In this document: positions 39,110-50,177 of the stretch, in pieces
How the letters are laid out: each line of letters begins with the position of its first letter
Numbering within the stretch: position 1 is the first letter of the stretch
Translations under genes and position numbers: made by a program
The notes under the pieces: generated by a model
Told to the model about the DNA's origin: nothing
The model's input: the letters and a program-made list of their open reading frames with translations, nothing else
The model's database searches: none
From: Moniliella sp. 'wahieum'
Lineage: Eukaryota
NCBI GenBank assembly: GCA_003971905.1
Contig: RSEE01000039.1
Location: forward strand, 558,001-620,520
Reading direction: 5' to 3'
Length of the DNA: 62,520 bases

Positions 39110-41080
39110 AGAGGAGGAGTAGGTGTGATACGACCGGGTGCGGATGAGAGTGGCGCCGCAGTTGGGGTGGTTTGAGCCGGGGCCTGAGGAGGTGCCTGGT
39201 ATCGCGCAGCGCGACGTGCTTCGCGTTTGCGTTGCCGCACTTCTCGCGCAGGTGCCAGTGTAGCGCCGGGGGAGCCAAGGAAGGCGCAGGTGCAAGACGA
39301 GGCACGGAAGAAGTGTGGTGGTGGCTGTTTAGGGGCGCACCACTAGGCATGAGAGGCCGGGGCGGGTACCCATACGTGTCCACTGCAGCGTTGGCAAAGC
39401 TGGCCATCCTAGGTGGGGGAGACCAAAGTGCCGGAGAGAGGGTGGGCGTCAAAGTGCTGGCTGCGCTTGTAATTCCTTCGTGGGGGGGCGAGAAGGTGTC
39501 AATTTCGAATGGCGTTTGCTCCTCAGGTTCAGAAAGAGGTCCAACCGGCTGTTCTGGGTTGGTAATCCGAAGGGACTGGCGAAGCGGTGCTTCGAGCATC
39601 GAGGTGTTCACCGTCTCGTCGTCCGGCGTCCCAGCACCGGGACCACCGCCGGGAACGAGGCCAAGTGCAAAGCCTGGGCGTGGGGGCCGGTCCCACGCCT
39701 GTGTCTCCATATCAACCGGTGGGACAGGACCGATGGCCGAAACATGCGGCGCGACGGGCTTACCCAATAAGGGGGCCGAGTTGGAGGCATGACTCGGCAG
39801 ACGGTACAGCGGGAGAGATTCGTTGGATGGCCGACTTGCCAGCATGGATGAGGAAGAGGAAGAAATCGATGATCGAGCGCACCGATTGCGTCGAGGGAAC
39901 GTGGCCCCGATGTCCCCCTTCCGGAGTCCAGTGTAACCTGTTCTTCATTTTCCCGAGCATGGTCCCGCTGGCACCATACTCATAACGGTGGGGCACCAAT
40001 TCGCTCACTGGACGCACGGAGCGCACTCTTGTTTCGCCCTCTTCCAGTTCGTTCCCTGACATTGTTCCACGCCACCTCATTCTCGTCTTAGCCCCCGCAC
40101 GCCGGAAAGCACGGGAAATGGGCCCCGGCAAGGTGGGACGTGCTAATTTTTTTCCTTCTTCCTCAGGTTTCTCGTTTCCTTCATGTCCTTGCGCAGCATC
40201 ACGCCCATCTCCACGGCTCCGGCTTCGAGAGTGGAGGAAGATTCGGGAGCGGGTCATCAGACTAAGCCGCCTGCTCTCTGGCGGTAGATCATCCGTCAGA
40301 GGGGGGTGAGAGGAGAAGGGAGAGTAGTGAGGGGCGATTCGCTACTTTCCGCAAGGGCATAGTAGGGATGGAGTGCGAGGGCCGATGCACCCGCGGCCCT
40401 TGCGACCTGGAGGAGGGCGGAGCTGTCCACCCCAGCGCTCTGGTTCTCTGGCTCTGGTGGAACATATAGATCTAGATCGTGGTCAAAATCAGAGTCGAGA
40501 GCGTCGAAGGAAGATACAGCTTTGGCCTTCCCGTTGTGTTCCCTCTCGCCCATGGCGGGGTAGAGCCTGTGGCACGAAGGCGTGCACGGCGTTGCCGTGG
40601 ACGTAGCGGAGGGTTATCGTGCCACGAGGCCGACCACGATGCCGAGGGTGGCGCACGGGGTCGGAGTTGGTAGAGTAAGAGGTGCGATGGCGCACTGGAT
40701 CAGCATGGTCTGGGAAGAGGCGGAGGTGCTAGCAGGCCGACAGAGTCAGAGGATAGGAAGACGGAAGAAAGGGGGGAGGGCGTACCCGGTCCAGGCCAGC
40801 ATGGTCAGCGAAGACGAGGCGGCAAGACGGCAGACGGGCTGAGCAGGCTCGTACTCGGCGTCAGGGGGGAGGACGACGAGTGCGCTGGCTGTGGGAGCGG
40901 TGGGCGGGCGGGACGGCGGAGCGGGCAGAGGATGGTGCCAAGGGTCGTCGTCGGGGCTGCCGCCGGTGATGTGCTCGAGGAGGAGGGTGGTGCGGGTGCG
41001 GAAGCCGCGGAGGAGCGGGCCAGCCCTCCGAAGCGACGCTGGTCGGCGGCGGCGTAGCGTGTGTACGGGTCGGAGGACAT
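39110..41080 (-). CDS. Hypothetical Ser/Pro-rich protein (ends approximate)
   Basis: MSSDPYTRY... start; intron at ~40784-40729 (GTACGC..CTGAC..TAG); successive coding-like frames; no recognisable domain. Confidence 0.45.
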
Positions 41081-41689
41081 GGTGGGATGCTGGGCAGATT
41101 CTGAGATGGCAGCGATCGCAGATTCACTAGTCATCGCTCATCGATCATCAATCAGCGATGATCGAGATGATGATCGATCGCATGGCACTTGTCAATCATC
41201 GAGTGGGATGGCTGATGGATATGTCGATGACCGATGCCGATGAGGGGATGAGGCGCATCGATTGGCGCTGGACTTGAGCGCCCTCAGCCGGCCCGAGCGC
41301 GGCGGGGTTAGACGTTCGCTATCCTAAGCGTCGGCCTCAGGCTGGCTACCGGCTGCGCTGGTTGGGCGGCAGGGCGCTGGCAGGGTGGCGTGTGGGTGGT
41401 GGGCGGGGCGGGGCAGGGCACACCACGACAGGCGCCATGCCCACATCAGGCAGCTGCGGGCTCGCTGGCGCAGAGCCGGCGCTGAGCGCTGATCACTGGT
41501 CGCTGATCGAGCTGATCGGGTGGGGAAGTGTGCAGCGTGACGCCACATGCCTCCCCAGTGCCTCTGTGCCTGCCTCCGTCTGCCTGCCCTAAAGCACACG
41601 TCGATGCAGGCGGCTGGTGGGTACGTGCGCTGGGCAGTGCTCTTGTGCGGGGGGCCCTCTTCCGCCTCTGTTCCGCTCTCTCCTTGTTG

Positions 41690-42152
41690 CGCCTCCGGGC
41701 TGCCTTCCCCGGATGGCATCCACACCACCTCTTCCCCTGCCTTGCTCGCCTGCCACAGGCCTATGCTCGATGCGGCGAACGGTGCATGTCACGGGCGGCT
41801 TCGTCAGGGCCAATGTCCGCTCCCTCATGGCCATGGATACGATTGAACTCGTTGGTTTAGCGACGGGTCCACGTCGAGGTTGAGTCTGGCATGCGCAGCA
41901 ACGCCAGATGAATAGGGTGGTGTTGTCTCGAACACCGACTTGATTGGCCACACTCTGGATCCGGTCCAGGAAAAGACACGCGGCTGCATGGTCGTTCACG
42001 TTGTTGCCGGTGTGGGCGAAAAGAGGAAAATCGCTCAGGCGGAAGGTACGACCATTGGGACCGGCGGTCCACGTCGGTGCTGGGGCGGGATGATTACCCG
42101 GCGCGTGCTGGCTTTGATACAGTCCTGAAATCGGTTCGCTTGGCTGACTCAT
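41690..42152 (-). pseudogene. Possible retrotransposon Gag-like fragment
   Basis: FLDRIQSVANQVGVRDNTTLF/HLALLRMPDSTSTWTRR*TNEFNRIH resembles a capsid helical pattern; no pol or LTR seen. Confidence 0.3.
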
Positions 42153-43569
42153 GATTCTCGGAAACTTGAGGTCGAAACGGGAACGGGAAAGGTGCGATAG
42201 AAACACCCTGGGACGAAGAGACTGTGGGGAAACGCTTGGGGAAGAAAACGGTGGAGGTAGTTTCGGGCTTGGGCTGATTGGTGGATCCGAGCGGAGCTAG
42301 GGACGAGGAAGGCCTTTGGTGGGCGGTTGCTCGTGTGGCAAGGCTGCGTCTGCACCGGCTTGGGCCGTAGTAACGTGTCTGAAGCCTCCGGGACTTAGGG
42401 ACGGGAGGAGGCAGAGAGGGACAAACACTGCCTCAACTGAGAACTGGAAGTCGACGCGGCCAGAGGAGGGCTCGCGCGACTGGACTGACGAATGGTTGGA
42501 GGACGAGGCCGGAGGAGATGTCGGACGCTAACAAGAGAAGGCTGCCTGGACTGGATCAATTGGCTGGAAAACAGGCAGGGGTCGGATAGGATAGGCGAGA
42601 GGTAGACGGGGGTTGACGAAGTGGGGACGAGAATGCAAGGTGGGGGAAAGGATCCCCATCAACCAGGGGTCCAGGCAGAATCAAAAGGAAAACGGATACA
42701 AGAGGGGGTGTAGAAAGGAAGACATGTCAAATTGGGGTTGGTCGCCGCAGGCGCGACTGAGAAAGGAAAAGACGGGGGCGGGGCGACAGACGTCGCCACG
42801 ATACTGGAAGCTCAGCGGCCTTATTTAGGCCAGCCGACTTGGACCTGGGCGGGGGGCGACTATTGTCGCGCGGAGCATGGCCCTTCGGCCCTTCGGCCAC
42901 GGTACTTAATTTAGCCAACCGTCATCACACTTGGTTGGCCTGCGGAGCACGCTCTACTGGCATGTGCGGAGCAGGCGGGCCTTAGCTTGGGTCGGACCAT
43001 CTCGTGTCCGCCGCAGCCCGTGACAAATGGAGCCCAGGCTTTGCATCCACGATACCTGGAAAGGTCTCACATTGATCGCGCGCCGCCGAGAGGTCAGCAG
43101 GGCTAACGCGCATGCTGAAAGTGCTGGCCAGAACAATGCCTTGGTATACGCGGTGATGGTGGTGATGGGGCCAAGGGAGCAGGCGGACACAGCCCAGACC
43201 AACAGCGATGCCAACCCTGTCGATGCACGTGCACGGGCTTATGCGGCAGTAGGATTGAGATTAGATCAGCAGCCACACTATCATCGCCTAAGGGAAGAAC
43301 GGTATAGCTCCAGAATCGCTAGTGTTGCATTCGAATGGTATTAGTACGAAAAGAGGATGGGTATGAGTACCACAGGGCGGAGAGTAAGGGCTGGCGGGGG
43401 GGGGGGGGTCGGTCGGTTGGGCAGAGGCGAGGGTGCAATGTTGGGAAGTACTATATGCGGTGTAACTGCTTACTGGTAGGCAGTGGGGACAGGGTCTCTC
43501 GGTACACATGATGGAGCTATGAACGGGCTGTGTGGACTGATACACAGCTGGAGCGGAGGAGGATGCAGA

Positions 43570-43712
43570 AAGAATGACGGCACCGAGGATTCCCACGTTA
43601 GCCTCTTCTGATTCCATCGCTGGAGTATATACTGAGGCTGAGTGATGCTGTGGTGACCATCGGCGTAGATCGGACGGGATGCAATCACGCTTTCACGTTT
43701 CTATGGCTGCTG
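43570..43712 (-). pseudogene. Degenerate 5S rRNA copy with many small insertions
   Basis: Shares CGGCACCGAGGATTCCCACGT, AGATCGGACGGGATGC, GCTTTCAC and TTCTATGGC with the intact 5S at 52917-53034, but spans ~140 nt. Confidence 0.85.
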
Positions 43713-44138
43713 GTGGTGATAATGGTTGAGTAGGGGGATATAATGGGGGCATGCATTGGTCAGTGGGGGGGGGCACTGTCCCGTGCGGGGCTGCGGGGGG
43801 GACACTAAAAGAGCACGACGGGTGGCCTTCCTGTGCTCAGTATATATGTGCACAAAAGTTAGTGTCTCCAGCGGTCAGTATACGTACAAGTCGGGAGAGG
43901 GTCAGTATATGCACAAGTCGGAAACTTACAGGGGGGTTTCATAACAGAGAGGCAACAGGGGAAAGGGGAGCGGGGATCAAATGTCAAATTCACTGTCTTT
44001 TCCACTGTCTTCTCTTTGTCAATTGGTCGTATGGTGCTGGCTTTCAGGGACGCAAATCCCCCTCTCTCCGAAGAGAGAGGGGGAGAACAGAGCTGGCGCT
44101 TATGCTACTTCAACCAGAAACGCGAGGGACCTGCACCA

Positions 44139-44187
44139 GTAGGGACATGGGAGTCTCGTTAATCCATTCATGCGCGTCACGAATTAA

Positions 44188-44249
<62 letters not shown>

Positions 44250-44265
44250 GTTGAATCTCTTCACT

Positions 44266-44299
<34 letters not shown>

Positions 44300-46438
44300 C
44301 GTCAACACCACGTTATGGCCATCGCAATGCTATGTTTTAATTAGACAGTCAGATTCCCCGCGTCCGTACCAGTTCCAAGTCGCTTGTTCAGCGCACCTTT
44401 CGGACCGCGCCGCAGCGCGCCGCCCAGCCGCCAGGAGCTTGCGCCCCCGGCAGCCCAGGCCGCCCACCCGCACGCCCCGGCCAGCACCCAAGCCTTGGAG
44501 CCAATCCTTCTCCCAAAGTTACGGATCAAATTTGCCGACTTCCCTTACCTACGTTCTCGTTTCAACTAGAGGCTCTTCACCTTGGAGACCTGCTGCGGTG
44601 ATCAGTACGACCGGGCGAGAGACTAGACACGCACCAGGATTTTCACGGGCCGTCGAGCACACACCAGATGCCAGCGTAGCGCCAGCACTCTTCCCACGCC
44701 CTGCACCGTCTCTCCGGATAACCCGATTCCACGGCGCATTCTCAGCATGGTTAAGCAAAAGAAAACTCTTCCTGGGGTACTCGCCAGCGTCTCCTGGCTG
44801 CTTGCGTTACCGCTCCATACATCCTCATCCCGGCGACGGAATCTTAACCGTCTTCCTTTCCCGAACCACACCCCCCAAAAGGGTGCTATGGATCAGCATC
44901 AGCCTATCGGTTAGGATCGGCTCACCCATGTCCAACTGCTGTTACCATGGAACCTTTCTCCACTTCAGTCTTCAAGGTTACTCGCTTGAATATTTGCTAC
45001 TGCCACCAAGATCTGCACCAGGGGCCGTTCCACGCAGGCTCACGCCCAACGCTTCGGCACAAAACCCCCGCGCCTGCCTACTCTTTCGCACAACTCTGGC
45101 ACGAAAGGTGTGGTATGGGAGACACGCTTCAGCGCCATCCATTTTCAGGGCTAGTACATTCGGTTGGTGAGTTGTTACACACTCCTTAGCGGATTCCGAC
45201 TTCCATGGCCACCGTCCAACTGTCTAGATGTACCAACACCTTTTGTGGTGTCTCATGAGCGTGTACTCTGGCTCCTTAACCACACGATCGGTTCATCCCG
45301 CATCGCCAGTTCTGCTTACCAAAATGGCCCACTAGAAACTCACATTCAACGCACAGCTCAACCAAGCAGCAAGTGCTTCTTACGCATTTAAAGTTTGAGA
45401 ATAGGTTAAGAACATTTCGTCCCCAAGGCCTCTAATCATTCGCTTTACCCTCATAAAATTGTTCTCACACGAGCTTCTGCTATCCTGAGGGAAACTTCGG
45501 CAGGAACCAGCTACTAGATGGTTCGATTAGTCTTTCGCCCCTTTGCCCAGCTCAAACGATCGATTTGCACGTCAGAACCCGACGGACCTCCACCAGGGTT
45601 TCCCCTGGCTTCATTCTAGCCAGGCAAAGTTCACCATCTTTCGGGTCCCAACAGGTATGCTCTTGCTCAGACCCATCTTGTGCGCACACGCAGGGCCGGC
45701 CGGTACTGCACCCGAGGGTTCGTACCCACATCACTTTCATTTCGCACGCCGGGTTTGCCACCCACATACTCGCATACATGTTAGACTCCTTGGTCCGTGT
45801 TTCAAGACGGGCCGCTGAAAGCCATTAAGCCCATGTCCACCAACGGCAGTCCTCGGTCGTGTGCGGGGCATCCACAGCGCGGCTATAACACTCCCCCCAG
45901 AGGGAAAGCCACCTTCCGCGCCGCCTTCTCCCCCACACAACCGACATGGGCCCCACGGCCGCCACAGTACAACCCCCCGAGAGGGGCAGACAGGCGCCGC
46001 TCCGGCACTGACTTCCAACGCTTCCCTTTTGGCAATTTCACGTACTCTTTAACTCTCTTTCCAAAGTGCTTTTCATCTTTCCCTCACGTACTTGTTCGCT
46101 ATCGGTCTCTCCCCCATATTTAGCCTTGGATGGCCTTTAACCTCTTTTGCGCTGCATTCCCAACACGCGACTCGTCGAGCGCACCCCCAACACGGCACCA
46201 GGCCGACACAAGCACGGGATTCTCACCCTCTCTGATGCTGCTGCTTTCCAGCAGACTTGGCGTCCCAGCCGCACCGCACGAGGCACGTCTCCATCTTACA
46301 ATGCGCCCGCAAGGGAGCTTTCAAATCTGGGCTCATCCCGCTTCGCTCGCCGCTACTAGGGAATCCATGTTTGTTTCTCTTCCTCCGCTTATTGATATGC
46401 TTAAGTTCAGCGGGTAGTCCTACCTGATCTGAGGTCGA
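44139..46438 (-). rRNA. 28S (LSU) rRNA, 3'-truncated (~2.3 kb; domains V-VI absent)
   Basis: Starts GACCTCAGATCAGGTAGGACTACCCGCTGAACTTAAGCATATCAATAAGCGGAGG; contains GTCTTGAAACACGGACC and CTCTCTTAAGGTAGCC; clear homology ends at TGTCCCTA. Confidence 0.97.
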
Positions 46439-46567
46439 ATCGGGGGGGTGTTCGTATCGGCCTCCCACTACAACGTCGCTTCCTAGTGGTACCTTCGTAC
46501 TTTTCAGGAGAGTCCCCGATGGATCAGCTCCCATATCCATTCCATTCCACCGAATGATAAGGATTCA
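46439..46567 (-). other. ITS2 (~130 nt)
   Basis: Lies between 5.8S and 28S. Confidence 0.85.
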
Positions 46568-46720
46568 CAACACTCAACAGGCATGCCGGGGGGAATAGCC
46601 CCCTGGCGCAAGATGCGTTCAAAGACTCGATGGTTCACGGTTCTGCAATTCACACTACCTTTCGCGTTTCGCTGCGTTCTTCATCGATGGGAAACCAAGA
46701 GATCCATTGCCAAAAGTTGT
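46568..46720 (-). rRNA. 5.8S rRNA
   Basis: GGATCTCTTGG..CATCGATGAAGAACGCAGCGAAA..GTGAATTGCAGAA..TCTTTGAACGCA..GCATGCCTG. Confidence 0.97.
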
Positions 46721-46807
46721 ATAACAATCGTAGTACTTCCTTCCTTACAGTGGGTTCGTTGTTCACAGGTGGACCATGGGGCGAGCCCCAAGGTGTACAG
46801 TTCCCAG
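46721..46807 (-). other. ITS1 (~87 nt)
   Basis: Lies between the 18S end GATCATT and the 5.8S start ACAACTTT. Confidence 0.85.
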
Positions 46808-47491
46808 AATGATCCTTCTGCAGGTTCACCTACAGAAACCTTGTTATGACTTGTACTTCCTCTAATGACCAAGTTTGCACAAGTTTCCAGCCAAGCGCCG
46901 CGCCGGTAAAGGCACAGCACGGCCAGTCCCAAGGGCTCACTAAGCCATTCAATCGGTAGTAACGACAGGCGGTGTGTACAAAGGGCAGGGACGTATCAAC
47001 GCAAGCTGATGACTTGCGCTTACTAGGAATTCCTCGTTGAAGAGCAACAATTACAATGCTCTATCCCCAGCACGACAGAGTTTCACAAGAGTACCCACCC
47101 TTCCGGACAAGGAGAGTCTGCACAAGGCAAACCTACTCGCTGGCTCTGTCAGTGTAGCGCGCGTGCGGCCCAGAACATCTAAGGGCATCACAGACCTGTT
47201 ATTGCCTCCAACTTCCGTGCGCTTATCCGCAGCACAGTCCCTCTAAGAAGCCAGCCAACAGCGAACATGCGCCAGAGGGGCTAGTTAGCAGGAGAAGTCT
47301 CGTTCGTTATCGGAATTAACCAGACAATCACTTCACCAACTAAGAACGGCCATGCACCACCACCCATAGAATCATGAAAGAGCTATCAATCTGTCAATCC
47401 TTCCCATGTCTGGACCTGGTGAGTTTCCCCGTGTTGAGTCAATTAAGCCGCAGGCTCCACTCCTGGTGGTGCCCTTCCGCCTCGTCAATTT

Positions 47492-47525
<34 letters not shown>

Positions 47526-47664
47526 AGAACCCAAAAGCTTTGATTTCTCGAAACGGTGCTGACCCTGTTGACAAAATGTACAAGGCAATCCCGAGCCGCA
47601 TCGTTTACTGTCGAGACTACAACGGTATCTAATCGTTTCGATCCCCCGACCTTCGTTCCTGATT

Positions 47665-47696
<32 letters not shown>

Positions 47697-48622
47697 AGTT
47701 TGTCTTGACACAATCCAAAATTTCACCTCTAGCGTGTCAATACAAATGCCCCCAACTGTCCCTATTCATCATTACGGCAGTTCCGTCACAACCAACAAAA
47801 CAGAACCACAATCGTCCTATTTTATTATTCCATGCTAATCTATTCCGGCACAAGCGCCTGCTTTGAACACTCTAATTTCCTCAAAGTAAACCGGGGCCGC
47901 CCTCACCCTCCCAGAAGGAGAGCAAGCACACATCCCCCACAGAGCCCGACCACCAGTACACGCCGTGAGGCGGACCACAACCGCCGAGCCCCAAGTTCAA
48001 CTACGAGCGTTTTAACTGCAACAACTTTAATATACGCTATTGGAGCTGGAATTACCGCGGCTGCTGGCACCAGACTTGCCCTCCAATTGTTCCTCGTTAA
48101 GGGATTTAAATTGTACTCATTCCAATTGCGAGACCCAGGGCCCCGCATCGTTATTTATTGTCACTCCTACCTCCCCGTGTCGGGATTGGGTAATTTGCGC
48201 GCCTGCTGCCTTCCTTGGATGTGGTAGCCGTTTCTCAGGCTCCCTCTCCGGAATCGAACCCTTATTCCCCGTTACCCGTTGTCACCATGGTAAGCCACGA
48301 CCTTACCATCGAAAGTTGATAGGGCAGATATTTGAATGAAGCATCGCCGGCACAAGGCCATGCGATTCGATACGTTATCATGACTCGCCACACGGGTTGC
48401 CCCGGATGGTTTGAACCTAATAAAGTCCGCCCTTCTTGCGTCAGGCAGTAATGACATGTATTAGCGCTAGAGTTGCCACCGTATCCAGTAGCATGTACCA
48501 TCAAATAAACTATAACTGATTTAATGAGCCATTCGCAGTCTCGCTGTACAATGTGCTTATACTTAACATGCATGGCTTAATCTTTGAGACAAGCATATGA
48601 CTACTGGCAGAACAACCAGGTA
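46808..48622 (-). rRNA. 18S (SSU) rRNA, full length, no group I intron
   Basis: Runs TACCTGGTTG..CTGCCAGTAGTCATATGCTTGTCTC to GGTGAACCTGCAGAAGGATCATT; contains GTGCCAGCAGCCGCGGTAA; ~1.8 kb. Confidence 0.98.
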
Positions 48623-49149
48623 GCTACTCGCCCAGGGGCGCGCCCCGAGAGGCACACCCCGTGTTCACAGCAACGTTCCCGCTCAATCCACACCGCAGCC
48701 TAGCCAGCGATCCCTCCAGTTGCCCCGCCGACCCGCAAGGTCAGCGCTCAACCAATGCCTTGCCAAGGATCTTGCGCCCCCCAGCGTCACAATCCAACAA
48801 GTGTCAGGACAAGCCAACGGCAAGCCCATCCACAACCTACTCCAGCCAGCCTCCCGCGCGGGAGGCCGATCCCACAAGCCCAAACAACTCACCCGCCGCC
48901 ATATGCGCCCGTTACGAGTGGCTGCCGTAGACAGCCCCGCCCACACTAGGTGGCGAATGCATCCAAAGTATTTTTCCAATTAGCAGCCTCTCGCGCCGTG
49001 CCGTAGCTGTGGGCAGGCACCACGCCAGCATCCACAGGGAAAAGAAATCCCCCCTGCACACACTGACCCAGCGCCTCGACCACCGCTTCCGCCCGCCACA
49101 AAATGCAGCCAACCAGAGGGGGAATTCGGTCGTCGCGGCTGTCCTGCCG

Positions 49150-49520
49150 GCAGCACCAAGCACGACGCAACCAAGCAGCAAGCCACCCAGCCGCGCAGCC
49201 ATCCAGCCGCAGGCCTGAACCAACCAAGAAAACAAACCAACCAGCCGTCCTGCAGAACAGCCAACCGCGCAACCACCACGCAACCAGCGCAGAGCCACCC
49301 AGCAAACATGGCAGCCCGGCAGCAATCCTGCGAGCAACCAACCAACCAACTGACCAGCCAACCAGCCAGCCGTCCTGCAGAAAAGCCACTATGCACACCA
49401 CCAACGAAGCAGCAGAGCCACCTGGCAACATGGCGTCCGGCAGCAAATCCTGCAGAGCAACCAACCAGCCAACCAATCAGCCAACCAACCAGCCAACCAA
49501 CCAGCATGGGGCATCCCGCC
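49150..49520. repeat. AACC/AGCC-rich imperfect tandem repeat (~120-bp period) in the putative 5' ETS
   Basis: CCAGCCGTCCTGCAGAA at ~49241/49366; GCAGAGCCACC..CA(A)CATGGC at ~49290/49411. Confidence 0.75.
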
Positions 49521-50177
49521 AGTCTCCATTAATTCCCAGCCGCTGCAGCAGCACCGGCACCAGGCCAGCGTGCACAATTAGCAATAAATTCCCAATTGCA
49601 CACACTCACCCAAGCCTCGACCACCACACCAACCAGCCCAACAGCGCCCAGCAGAACACGACTCCCGCACCAGACAAACCCCGAGAAAATCCCGGAGCCG
49701 TCCCAACCACGTTGGACAAACACGGACAGCAGCCGGCACAAGTACCAACAACCGTCAGAGCTTCCTCCTATCTTACCACCCAAAGGGGGCACAACTCTGC
49801 AGGAGCCCAATACACCATTCGTCCGCCGCGCCTGGCAACACTGAGCAGTCCCATGGCCAACCAAGCGGCTCGCGTTATTCCGTCTCGTCGCTCAGAAGCG
49901 AGTACCCAGATGTACGCAAATTGCCCAGCCAACCACTGTTCTGCACCGTCATCCAACGCAGAGCCAGAGATAACCCCTCAGAAAAGCCTACAGAACCCTA
50001 CTCCCGCCATAAAATGGCGAAAAAAGGATTTCCATATTTTTCCTCGGGACCACCCCCCTCCATATAGTACACAACAATATCCACCCCCCTGCGACCGCCG
50101 CCTCACCGATCACCGCTCAGCCCCAGGGGCTACGGAGAATAGCCTGTGACAACTAGGCAGCGGCCGCTGCGGCCAGA

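Noticed and set aside
613..42152. Frameshifts in almost every gene as programmed frameshifting or mass pseudogenisation
   Set aside because: They affect essential conserved genes (SUB2, EMW1) and several lie in homopolymer runs; long-read indel error is the simpler explanation.
44030..44140. Group I intron at the LSU break
   Set aside because: No P/Q/R/S core is recognisable and clean LSU sequence does not resume.
47476..47492. Apparent 5-nt insertion in a conserved 18S segment (CCGCCTCGTCAATT versus CCGTCAATT)
   Set aside because: Too short for an intron, with no splice signals; probably a consensus error.
44139..49600. ORFs called over the rRNA genes and ETS
   Set aside because: Chance frames on rDNA.
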